IMG/VR virus record: IMGVR_UViG_3300017691_000004
Span: 1-40,363 of that record
Source: a virus
DNA: 40,363 bases
Direction: 5' to 3' (one strand)
Part shown: positions 8,326-15,389 of the stretch, piece by piece
How the letters are laid out: every line of letters starts with the position of its first letter
Position numbering within the stretch: the first letter of the stretch is position 1
Position numbers and translations under genes: made by a program
Notes under the pieces: generated by a model
Told to the model about the DNA's origin: nothing
The model's database searches: none
Seen by the model: only the letters and a program-made list of their open reading frames with translations

Positions 8326-8744
8326 CCCTCCTTCGACGGCGGCGGCGGGAGGGGCTGCCAGTGGGTTGGATCATCTCCTTCGACCTGGGCGTATTGGCTC
8401 CGCTCGCTGGTGCCCGAGTAGTACCAGCGGTTCTGTAGAAAGCGGCCAAAGCGAACCCAACGCTTTTCGTCATGTCCGCATGTGATTTGCGTCCCATCCC
8501 TCGGCGCCGTCTCGATGGGCTGCCACCCCCTGCTGTCTGCGGGACGCGGCGGGAGGGGGAGTGCGCGGATGGCGGCGGCTAGAGAGTTCCGATTATCCCA
8601 CTCATTGCCAGGGAAACTGCATGTTTCCCCGGTGGTAGTAGCGCAGGTGATGGTACGGCCGGCCTCAACAAAGCGAGCCACAATTTCCTTGATGTCCAAC
8701 CCCTCTGGGTTGAGGGGCAGGGCGGCTTGGGCGGATCGGGCCAT
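8322..8744 (-). CDS. Hypothetical protein with a WxPIETAPRDGT ... THWxPLP motif (DUF551-like)
   Basis: GWQPIETAPRDGTQI...DDPTHWQPLPPPP. The start is taken at 8744 (TGATG overlap). Confidence 0.45.
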   Translation of the reverse strand: MARSAQAALPLNPEGLDIKEIVARFVEAGRTITCATTTGETCSFPGNEWDNRNSLAAAIRALPLPPRPADSRGWQPIETAPRDGTQITCGHDEKRWVRFGRFLQNRWYYSGTSERSQYAQVEGDDPTHWQPLPPPPSKEG

Positions 8745-8926
8745 CAGTGCCTCACTGGATTTGGGACGGACCACATGGCGTCAAGCTCAGCGTCCTCTGC
8801 GCCAAGACGCCACGCCTGATATCGTTCGAATTCGTCTCGCTCGCATTGCTCACAGCGGCGCTCGTAGTAGTGGCGCTCCTCGTCCGTCAGGACACGGCCA
8901 CAGTCAGAGCAAATGAATTGGCTCAT
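8744..8926 (-). CDS. Small zinc-ribbon-like protein
   Basis: MSQFICSDCGRVL...RRCEQCERDE, a CxxC...CxxC arrangement. Confidence 0.5.
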   Translation of the reverse strand: MSQFICSDCGRVLTDEERHYYERRCEQCERDEFERYQAWRLGAEDAELDAMWSVPNPVRH

Positions 8927-9735
8927 GGGTTCGGCTCCGGACCATCACCACCGTCCCGGATCAATCTCCACCTCTGCCCTCCAAGGGCGGAGGGGTATTC
9001 GCGGATGGTATCCAATGCCTGTTGAGCCATTTTGCGCATGAGATAACCGCATCCTGGATCGTTCAACGATGCGATTTTTTGCAAAGCCACCACCGCTTCG
9101 GTATTGCTCACCAGTGATGCGCTTGCCCGACGAATACAGTCCTGAGTGATAGGAAGAAGACGCCCCAGCCTGGTTTCTGACTTCGGGTCCGTCTCGATTA
9201 ATGCATCCTCGACGTCTTGCAGGACTTCAAGGACATTCGCCCCAGCCTCCCACCCGCTGCTGGGGGGCAGGGCGGTGAGGGCAAGCAGGCCGCGCTCCGC
9301 AAGAAGATCGACCACCTGATCGACCACGCTTTCAGGGACTTTGTTTATTCGCGTATTGAGGTCGAAATTGATCTCGTCTTTGAGATCAGCCTTCAGGCGC
9401 TCCACCTCCCCCGTTTCAGCGGGGGTGCTCATCGAGATGATCTGCTCCGCAGCGTCACGGTAGATCGCCTTCTCGCTCTCGGCTTCCCAGCCCATGTGAT
9501 GACTAGGCGCAAAGCGGTGCCAAAGGGCTATGGCGGCGGCATCGTTACCGCTGGCCGTTTCAGCGGGGGTGCGAGGGGCGGCATAAAGCGGCGTGGTGGT
9601 CACCGGCCGGCTGGCATCGAATGGGCTGGTCGCGGTCCTGGTGACTTCCTCGAAGTTGCAATCGCCGTCCATGTGCAGCGTGTGCAGGTAGGCGATGGGC
9701 TCCAGCGCCACAGCCGGGCTGCTATCGATGGTCAT
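8923..9735 (-). CDS. Hypothetical protein
   Basis: A 270-aa ORF with ATGA overlaps at both ends. Confidence 0.55.
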   Translation of the reverse strand: MTIDSSPAVALEPIAYLHTLHMDGDCNFEEVTRTATSPFDASRPVTTTPLYAAPRTPAETASGNDAAAIALWHRFAPSHHMGWEAESEKAIYRDAAEQIISMSTPAETGEVERLKADLKDEINFDLNTRINKVPESVVDQVVDLLAERGLLALTALPPSSGWEAGANVLEVLQDVEDALIETDPKSETRLGRLLPITQDCIRRASASLVSNTEAVVALQKIASLNDPGCGYLMRKMAQQALDTIREYPSALGGQRWRLIRDGGDGPEPNP

Positions 9736-10121
9736 GCGCCCTGCTCCGGCTCAATGCTCACGAACTCGTATTCAACCGGCTGCGGCACCACGGGCTTGGC
9801 GCGGTATTCGAGGCCGAAGGCGGCTAGTATTTCTTGAAACGCTTCCAGGCGGTCGTCTTCCGTGAGGGATCGACTGGCGTAGGCGATCCCTGTCAACCGC
9901 ACCACCTCCGCCTTCGCCAAGGTCAGCGCCGGGTGTTCGGTGGGGGTGGCGGGTTCTAGATCGGACTCGCTGATCCACTGATTGGCGTTTTTCACCTTAA
10001 CGGTCTGATCATTTTCATCGACCATCATGACAACCGTCTCAGTCCCCACATCAAGCCAATGGATGATTTTCTCACCTCTGCTTACGACCCGCACCCGATC
10101 CCCAACCTTAAACTTCGCCAT
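9732..10121 (-). CDS. Hypothetical protein
   Basis: The ATG at 10121 has GGAGGG 7 nt upstream. The N-terminus MAKFKVGDRVRVV... looks like a small beta-barrel. Confidence 0.55.
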   Translation of the reverse strand: MAKFKVGDRVRVVSRGEKIIHWLDVGTETVVMMVDENDQTVKVKNANQWISESDLEPATPTEHPALTLAKAEVVRLTGIAYASRSLTEDDRLEAFQEILAAFGLEYRAKPVVPQPVEYEFVSIEPEQGA

Positions 10122-10139
10122 CACTTCACCCTCCGTGGT

Positions 10140-10172
10140 GCAGGCACGGACTTCGCCTGCTGTGTTGTTATT
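10140..10172 (+). terminator. Hairpin plus T-rich tract oriented for the plus strand, antisense to the surrounding operon
   Basis: gcaggc-acggacttc-gcctgc (10140-10160) is followed by tgtgttgttatt. On the minus sense there is no U tract after the stem. Confidence 0.35.
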
Positions 10173-10320
10173 GAGAAGGCCGCTGAGTGCGGATCATCTC
10201 GTTAAGCATGTGAATGATCTGGGCATTCAGACTGCGGCTTTGGCGCTCAGCCTCCGCCTCCAACTCACCCTTCATCCAAGCCGGAAGACGTAGCTTAAAA
10301 TCCAACCGATCTGCGTTCAT
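10168..10320 (-). CDS. Arc/MetJ-type ribbon-helix-helix DNA-binding protein
   Basis: MNADRLDFKLRLPAWMKGELEAEAERQSRSLNAQIIHMLNEMI fits the beta-strand plus two-helix pattern of Arc-like repressors. The ATG at 10320 has GGAGG upstream. Confidence 0.65.
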   Translation of the reverse strand: MNADRLDFKLRLPAWMKGELEAEAERQSRSLNAQIIHMLNEMIRTQRPSQ

Positions 10321-10343
10321 CCGAACCTCCGTTGCGATAACCC

Positions 10344-10373
10344 ATAATGGGATCAATCCCACTTTGGCGTCAA
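10344..10373 (-). promoter_or_regulatory. Candidate sigma70-type promoter with an inverted-repeat operator, upstream of the Arc-like gene
   Basis: On the minus sense: TTGACG (10373-10368), an 18-nt spacer, then CATTAT (10349-10344). The inverted repeat GGGAT-nn-ATCCC (10349-10360) lies in the spacer. Confidence 0.4.
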
Positions 10374-10376
10374 CAC

Positions 10377-10658
10377 CTAAAACGGAATCACATCCCGCCC
10401 CTGCATCGGCTTCCGCCTGCCACCCGGCTTGACCACCTCCGGGTAATGCCCCGGCGTCACCGCAGTCGGCGCCATGCCATCGGGGGCGATCACAATCAGT
10501 TCAAAGAACTTACCGCGCGGCCCTTCCGCCACCGTTCCTTCGATCTGATAGACGACGCCCGCGATGCAGATTTCGCCAACGTAGGGCGGATCTGCGGGAC
10601 CGGCGGTGCGGTTTTTTGTGAGGATTCCGGTCATTTCCGGCTGTTCGAGATCGGTCAT
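10377..10658 (-). CDS. Hypothetical protein ending in an SSB-tip-like DVIPF; start uncertain
   Basis: The track ORF runs to 10748, but that stretch holds the heptamer repeats. Internal ATGs at 10658 and 10634 are the likelier starts. The C-terminus is ...KPMQGRDVIPF. Confidence 0.45.
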   Translation of the reverse strand: MTDLEQPEMTGILTKNRTAGPADPPYVGEICIAGVVYQIEGTVAEGPRGKFFELIVIAPDGMAPTAVTPGHYPEVVKPGGRRKPMQGRDVIPF

Positions 10659-10676
10659 GTTGCGAATATTCTCAAA

Positions 10677-10789
10677 CGGGACAAATCGGGATTGTACCGG
10701 GACATGCACGGGACGTACCGCTGCGGAAGGTCCTTGACAACGGGACACTGTGGGGGCAAGGGTCTTTAGACCCTTCCCCCCTTGTCCCG
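10677..10789. repeat. Array of CGGGAC(A/G) heptamers (4 direct, 1 inverted) flanking a GC-rich hairpin; candidate iterons/origin or operator set
   Basis: cgggaca occurs at 10677-10683, 10698-10704 and 10741-10747, and cgggacg at 10709-10715. The inverted copy tgtcccg is at 10783-10789. Spacings between direct copies are 21, 11 and 32 bp. The hairpin ggggg-c-aagggtc ttta gaccctt ccccc is at 10752-10780. Confidence 0.45.
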
Positions 10790-10802
10790 GGGGACCGGGG
10801 CC

Positions 10803-11951
10803 TCACCAAGCAATCCAAATCCGGCCTGCATTCGAGGCGATAGCCTTGCGGTTGGAGAGTTGAGCGACAGCGCGGGCAAAGGCTTTCTTCTTCGAATCCT
10901 GCGCCATGCCCGGCTTGGCCCGCTGATAGTATTTCTGGCGAAACTCAGCTTCCGTGACGCTCATGGCCCCGTTGGCCACTCCGACCATGCCAGGGCGCCC
11001 AACCTCCAACAGCAGGTCCTGTAGGATCTCGAAAGCCTCCCTGGCATCGCCGCTGAGGCTATGGGACTTAGGCTTGTTAGAGGGTTCCTTCTCAGGAACA
11101 TCAGCCATTTCCACCACGCAGGTGGTCACAGCCTCTCCATGCCGGTTCTCGCCCAGCTCCACGACAGTCAGGGTGAAGGCGAACACGTCACCCTTCTTCA
11201 GTTCACGCTGCTTAACCATGGTCGCCTGCTTCACGTCGGAATCCTCCTGAACACACACTTCAATCTCCGTATCGATGGCAGCCCTGAGCAGGCTGTGACC
11301 TCTGGCGCCCTTGGCGGCGTCCTTGCCTGAGTGATGGATGAACAGCACGCAGCAGCCGATGGCGTGCCTGATGGCGTCCATGTTCTTCACCAAGGCCCCC
11401 ATGTCCTCTGGTGAGTTCTCATTACCGCCAGCCAAGGCGCGGCTGAGGGTATCGATCACCACCAGCTTGGGTTGTCCCCGGTCATCCGAGACCTGGCGCA
11501 GTGTTTCCACCAGTCTCGGCGTGTCTGCCTCAGGGTCCAGCAGGTTGAGGCTGGCTTGGATGGACGCGAAGGGAATGGAGGCGTCCTCCATGCCGTGATG
11601 GTCCCGCCAAGCTGACACTCGGTTCTGGAAGCCGATGCCGCCTTCCAAGGCGCAATAGATCACGGGACCGCCGTCCACCCGCCGGCCGTTCCATTCCTTC
11701 CCTGCTGCGACATGGAGCGCCATGTCCGTGGCCCAGAAGGTCTTGCCAGCGTTACTCTCGCCATAGATCACGGCGGCGGATTGCTCGACCAGCACCCCTT
11801 GGATGAAGTCGAGGGCATCGGTATTCGGCTTGATATCCTCAAACCACGTCAGGCCGAAGGCTTCGGGCTTCAGCTTGGGTGGTGGTCCGTCTGTGTGACG
11901 CTTGGCGGCGAAGTCGAGGATCTTGCCAACCTCAATCGGCTCCTCATCCAT
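10803..11951 (-). CDS. Replicative helicase, RecA-fold AAA_25/RepA-DnaB-like
   Basis: Walker A is IYGESNAGKTFWA and Walker B is KLVVIDTLSRAL. LFIHHSGKDAAKGARGHS is typical of AAA_25 helicases that follow a prim-pol gene. Confidence 0.85.
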   Translation of the reverse strand: MDEEPIEVGKILDFAAKRHTDGPPPKLKPEAFGLTWFEDIKPNTDALDFIQGVLVEQSAAVIYGESNAGKTFWATDMALHVAAGKEWNGRRVDGGPVIYCALEGGIGFQNRVSAWRDHHGMEDASIPFASIQASLNLLDPEADTPRLVETLRQVSDDRGQPKLVVIDTLSRALAGGNENSPEDMGALVKNMDAIRHAIGCCVLFIHHSGKDAAKGARGHSLLRAAIDTEIEVCVQEDSDVKQATMVKQRELKKGDVFAFTLTVVELGENRHGEAVTTCVVEMADVPEKEPSNKPKSHSLSGDAREAFEILQDLLLEVGRPGMVGVANGAMSVTEAEFRQKYYQRAKPGMAQDSKKKAFARAVAQLSNRKAIASNAGRIWIAW

Positions 11952-12789
11952 GGCCTGCCCCCTTGATGGGCATTTTCATCCCTCCCTCTATTCCCGATTT
12001 GATGGTGGCGCGGCTTTCGTGGTCATCCAAGCGGATGTATCGGGCCGCGTCATACAGCGCGCAGATGGCCTCCCGCTCATCCAACAGCCCCCCACCGATC
12101 AGTCCACCGACCGTGAAACTGGCTTCGTTAAGCGTTGAGTTACGCTTGCCGGGACCAGCGTTCAGCACGCGGTTGACCTCTCGCTCTAGGAGCGATTGGG
12201 CGCGGCTGGTGCTGATGATGGTGGGGCGTGGTGGGCGAGGAGGCTGTGGTGGTGGTGCGACGAGTTTGAGAAGCCAGTCAGGCGCGATGGGTGGCGCCAG
12301 TTCCCATGGCGCCGCAGCCCAACGGTAAGAACCCAGGTCGTTGCGACTGGGCGAGATCGTGAAGGCGTTGCGACCACCCTTGGGGTCAAGGCCTGGCTCT
12401 GGATGACCTGACTTGCTGTTGATCGGATGGCCGGCATCCTGAAACACCATGAGATGCCCGCCGCTACCCGAACGCCCATGGGGCCGCTCAGGAATGGCGC
12501 CATGGCGTTCCACCAGCAGCTTAAGGACCGCGACACCATCGTCCTTGTGATCGCGGCTTGGTACATCGACATCCAGCGCCCACACGCCAGAGCCGGAAGG
12601 TATCACCTTCCAGTTGCAGCGCGGATACGCAAAGGACCAGCGGTCAAGCTGGTCCAGATCTGTGGTTGCCGCATCGATGTATCCGACCCAGAAGCCCTTC
12701 TTGCTCCGTGTCGCAGGCACGCAGCGCCACCCAAGAAGGGCGACACGCTCAATGTCTGGATGGAGTCTTGATTGCAGAGCGGCGCTCAC
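11944..12789 (-). CDS. Bifunctional primase-polymerase (prim-pol) domain protein
   Basis: GVWALDVDVP...DDGVAVLKLLVERHGAIPERPHGRSGSGGHLMVFQ matches the catalytic DxD and GGxH motifs of the prim-pol N-terminal domain. It overlaps the helicase gene start. Confidence 0.8.
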   Translation of the reverse strand: MSAALQSRLHPDIERVALLGWRCVPATRSKKGFWVGYIDAATTDLDQLDRWSFAYPRCNWKVIPSGSGVWALDVDVPSRDHKDDGVAVLKLLVERHGAIPERPHGRSGSGGHLMVFQDAGHPINSKSGHPEPGLDPKGGRNAFTISPSRNDLGSYRWAAAPWELAPPIAPDWLLKLVAPPPQPPRPPRPTIISTSRAQSLLEREVNRVLNAGPGKRNSTLNEASFTVGGLIGGGLLDEREAICALYDAARYIRLDDHESRATIKSGIEGGMKMPIKGAGHG

Positions 12790-12983
12790 TGGCGCACCGG
12801 GAAATACTTCCGGTGAATGCGCAGCACCCTCTTGGCTAAGCGGCGGTCAATCAGATCGCCCATGCGCTGATGCGCCAGATTAGTAATCGTCCTGGCATCC
12901 GCCATCGAAACTTCGATTTGATCGGCGCTCCACAAATCATAAGCGCACTCAATGGCCCGAACGCGAAGCTCATATACTTGCAT
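12786..12983 (-). CDS. Hypothetical protein
   Basis: ORF track entry with an ATGA-type overlap with the prim-pol gene. Confidence 0.5.
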   Translation of the reverse strand: MQVYELRVRAIECAYDLWSADQIEVSMADARTITNLAHQRMGDLIDRRLAKRVLRIHRKYFPVRQ

Positions 12984-13000
12984 TATTCACGTCTCCACCG

Positions 13001-13107
13001 TTGATGGAGCCGGAAAGGCATGGCATATTGCGGGCGTTACCCCGACTGATGCCGCCGTCACGGCTAGGTTGTGCGCCCGGTCTGGTCCCCACCAGCCGGG
13101 CGCTTTT
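13001..13107 (+). ncRNA. Candidate small RNA unit, about 70 nt, on the strand opposite the operon: promoter plus intrinsic terminator
   Basis: TTGATG (13001-13006), a 17-nt spacer, then CATATT (13024-13029). The stem is gcgcccgg(t)ctggt / accagccgggcgc (13073-13103) with loop cccc, followed by TTTTCATTT. No ORF fits in the interval. Confidence 0.35.
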
Positions 13108-13334
13108 CATTTAGCCTCAGTTGTCCCGTTCTGTCCACCTTTGATCGGGACGAACATCGTAACCTTTCGGTATCCAACCTGACGCGCAACAACGTCGGGG
13201 ATCTCCTTGGCGCCATTCATGATCTGGCTGATCATGGCGCCCGAGTATCCCGTCTTCGCCGCCAGCTTGGCCTGCCCACCTCGTGGCGCGCAGTAGTCCA
13301 GTAGCAGTACGTACATTTGCGCCTTCGTGATCAT
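13107..13334 (-). CDS. Cro/YdaS-like helix-turn-helix DNA-binding protein
   Basis: MITKAQMYVLLLDYCAPRGGQAKLAAKTGYSGAMISQIMNGAKEIPDVVARQV is an HTH with the typical ...S..vSqw..G.r.iP tail. There is an ATGA overlap with the resolvase gene. Confidence 0.6.
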   Translation of the reverse strand: MITKAQMYVLLLDYCAPRGGQAKLAAKTGYSGAMISQIMNGAKEIPDVVARQVGYRKVTMFVPIKGGQNGTTEAK

Positions 13335-13816
13335 GCAATCCTCCCCATGATGCCAATGCCCCACGATCCAATCAGCGCCGCCTCTGCACGACCATCGTCC
13401 TTGACGCGGGCAAACCGCGTAGCGTGAGAGGGAAAGCACTGCATGGCGCGGGTGCGAGACACGCCCTTGTCTCCCTTGGCCGGCATCTGCATCCCACGTT
13501 TCCACACGTCTGGGCGCACCAGAGTGTAAGGGATGGCGAGTGCGGCCAAGATGCCTTCAATGGTGCCGAATCCACGTCCGAAGCTGAAAGCGCCAACAGC
13601 TCCTTCGCCTGGCCGCGTCGCCACTTCCTCCAGAAAGACGTGAACCGGACGGTTATCGATCAGCATCCGGGCCAAGGCAGCACCAGCAAGACGCTTGCGC
13701 ATGGTCTTGCCAACCTTGACTTCGTTCATCGGCAGATCTTCGACGCTGCACAGCTCGCCATTATCAGCAAGCCATGCGATGGCGCCTGATACGCCGGGGT
13801 CAATGGAGGCGATCAC
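13331..13816 (-). CDS. RuvC-like Holliday-junction resolvase
   Basis: MIASIDPGVSGAIAWL (catalytic Asp), FLEEVATRPGEG (Glu), FGRGFGTIEGILAALAIPYTLVRPDVWKR, and DDGRAEAALIG (C-terminal acidic pair). Confidence 0.85.
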   Translation of the reverse strand: MIASIDPGVSGAIAWLADNGELCSVEDLPMNEVKVGKTMRKRLAGAALARMLIDNRPVHVFLEEVATRPGEGAVGAFSFGRGFGTIEGILAALAIPYTLVRPDVWKRGMQMPAKGDKGVSRTRAMQCFPSHATRFARVKDDGRAEAALIGSWGIGIMGRIA

Positions 13817-14346
13817 CGCTTCCCCCTCGCCACCGCCGCCGGATCAACGGTGCGGTTCATGATGCCGATGTAGGGCTGTGAGGTGGGTTTGGGCTTGGCG
13901 ACGACGGGTGCGGGAACCGCCGCGACTGGCGCAGGAACAAAAACTGGCCGTGTTCTAACCGACAGCCATAGCGGCATATTCACCAGCAACACTCCATCCT
14001 TGATGGTATGCTGCATAGGCTTTGCGGGTTTAACGCCAGTTATCCTTGCTTCGCTAAGCTTCATCTCCACAACACCGCGCGTGTGATTGCCGCGCAGCAC
14101 TGACCTGCCATCCGTGTTGCGAACCAGAACGATCTGGTTGGATAGATAATCCAAGCGCACATTGACTCTATCTTTGGGTAGCCAATCCATCTTTTTCATA
14201 AGCGTTCCATTAACGCTGATGCAGAGACAAAGCCTGCCTCCCCAACCCATGCGCCAAGCCACCGAAGCGGAGGCCGGCAGCGGGCTAAAGTTCTTCTGGC
14301 GCGGGAACGCCCCAAACAGCTTAACAATCCGCTCCTGCGTCTGCAT
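13813..14346 (-). CDS. Hypothetical protein
   Basis: The start is taken at the ATG at 14346 (MQTQERIV), which shares one base with the upstream stop. Confidence 0.5.
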   Translation of the reverse strand: MQTQERIVKLFGAFPRQKNFSPLPASASVAWRMGWGGRLCLCISVNGTLMKKMDWLPKDRVNVRLDYLSNQIVLVRNTDGRSVLRGNHTRGVVEMKLSEARITGVKPAKPMQHTIKDGVLLVNMPLWLSVRTRPVFVPAPVAAVPAPVVAKPKPTSQPYIGIMNRTVDPAAVARGKR

Positions 14347-14438
14347 CACTTCGTCCTCCACAGATAAACACCACAAGCGGTGCACCAGGCGATGGTGACG
14401 AGCAGGGTGGCGGCGGTGAGGGTGTAGAGGGCGATCAT
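14346..14438 (-). CDS. 30-aa single-pass membrane peptide (below ORF-track cutoff as a separate gene)
   Basis: MIALYTLTAATLLVTIAWCTACGVYLWRTK. It has an ATGA overlap upstream and a TGATG overlap downstream, so it fits exactly into the coupled gene chain. Confidence 0.35.
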   Translation of the reverse strand: MIALYTLTAATLLVTIAWCTACGVYLWRTK

Positions 14439-14746
14439 GACAGTGCGTCCAGTGCGCGCTGAGCGCGGGTGCGTTCGGTGGTGCAGAGGCCGGGATCGTT
14501 GGCCAGTTCGCGGAGGCTGGTGCGAACGGGGTCTAGGGGGTCGGGGATGACGGGCGGCCATGCGAGGCCGGCTGCGGTATAGATGGCGCGGCAAACAGAC
14601 TGGATTTTTTCTGGGGCAATCCGAAAGCCGGCATCCCGCGTCCTGAGATAGACGTTCCCCGCCCATTGAGAACCACCAGAATAACCTTCGACACGGAGAA
14701 TATCATCATCAGAGTCTTTAAGGATCTCTTCGAAATAATCACTCAC
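14435..14746 (-). CDS. Hypothetical protein
   Basis: The GTG at 14746 has AAGGAG 8 nt upstream and a GTGA overlap with the upstream stop. The product starts (M)SDYFEEILKDSDDDILRVEGYSGGSQW. The remainder of track ORF 14435..14983 overlaps the HTH gene in another frame. Confidence 0.5.
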   Translation of the reverse strand: MSDYFEEILKDSDDDILRVEGYSGGSQWAGNVYLRTRDAGFRIAPEKIQSVCRAIYTAAGLAWPPVIPDPLDPVRTSLRELANDPGLCTTERTRAQRALDALS

Positions 14747-14952
14747 TTCCCACTCTCCTTCTTCCCAGACTGTTCCAAAACTTCCAGCGTCACCCCGGCG
14801 CGCTTGGCCTGGGGCATACGGGAGATGGCGGGCCAGTAGATGGCGGGGATGATCCCGCGCATCCGCCACTTGTCGATAGCCGGACGCTTGGCGCCGAGCT
14901 GGTCCGCCATGGCTTGCGAGCCGATGGTGTTGATGATGTCGCGGGCGGTCAC
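14743..14952 (-). CDS. Cro-like HTH DNA-binding protein
   Basis: MTARDIINTIGSQAMADQLGAKRPAIDKWRMRGIIPAIYW shows the typical HTH plus W..rg.IP motif of phage Cro/YdaS-type regulators. Confidence 0.55.
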   Translation of the reverse strand: MTARDIINTIGSQAMADQLGAKRPAIDKWRMRGIIPAIYWPAISRMPQAKRAGVTLEVLEQSGKKESGK

Positions 14953-15284
14953 TTGGAGCGAGCCTTGAGCATGGCGTCCGCAACCAGATAGGCGGTTGTC
15001 GCCAATTCTTCCGCTGAAGCAGCGCTCATCACGTAATCTTCTTCATCAGTAAAATCTATAGCTCCACTCATCGCCAGCCCGGCGAAGTGGTCGCGCAGGG
15101 TCATGGCGCCAATACCCACGGGAAGTACCGGATATGAATGGGCCGTGCCTTGATCCAGTCCTTCCAAAGCATCCTTTGCCTGAACCAAGGTTACGTTCCG
15201 CTCGTTGCGGAAAATCTTGATCGCGTCGATGCGATTGCCGTCGCGCCACATAGCAAGCAGGTCCTGATCGGTATGCGCCATCAT
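14949..15284 (-). CDS. First gene of the leftward early operon; N-terminal segment resembles the ribosomal L7/L12 C-terminal domain
   Basis: The ATG at 15284 has AGGAGAG upstream. GNRIDAIKIFRNERNVTLVQAKDALEG resembles N-K-(I/V)-x-(A/V)-IK-x-(I/V)-R...L-x-EAKD-x-VE of L7/L12. The C-terminal half, TLRDHFAGLAMSG...ELATTAYLVADAMLKAR, is a common phage small-protein motif. Confidence 0.5.
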   Translation of the reverse strand: MMAHTDQDLLAMWRDGNRIDAIKIFRNERNVTLVQAKDALEGLDQGTAHSYPVLPVGIGAMTLRDHFAGLAMSGAIDFTDEEDYVMSAASAEELATTAYLVADAMLKARSK

Positions 15285-15314
15285 CTCTCTCCTATCCGAC
15301 GCCCTCTGCGTCTG

Positions 15315-15389
15315 GACATCTTGTCGCACAGATGAATCCCCGCCGCAAGACATTTTGTCCTTGACCGTCGCGCGACGCGCCCATACTCT
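15315..15389. promoter_or_regulatory. Divergent early control region: two GACAT-n-TTGTC operator-like inverted repeats and a rightward promoter with a palindromic spacer
   Basis: gacatcttgtc lies at 15315-15325 and gacattttgtc at 15349-15359. On the plus strand: TTGACC (15361-15366), a 17-nt spacer, then TACTCT (15384-15389). The spacer begins with the perfect palindrome gtcgcgcgac (15367-15376). Confidence 0.45.

Noticed and set aside
10659-10748. The N-terminal 30 codons of track ORF 10377..10748.
   Set aside because: This stretch carries the phased heptamer repeats, has no ribosome-binding site at 10748, and directly abuts a strong hairpin. It is treated as non-coding, with the start moved to an internal ATG.
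14435-14983. A 182-aa ORF read as a single gene.
   Set aside because: Its 5' half overlaps the well-formed Cro-like HTH gene (14743..14952) in another frame and is Arg/His/Pro-rich. A GTG with AAGGAG at 14746 gives a coupled 103-aa gene instead.
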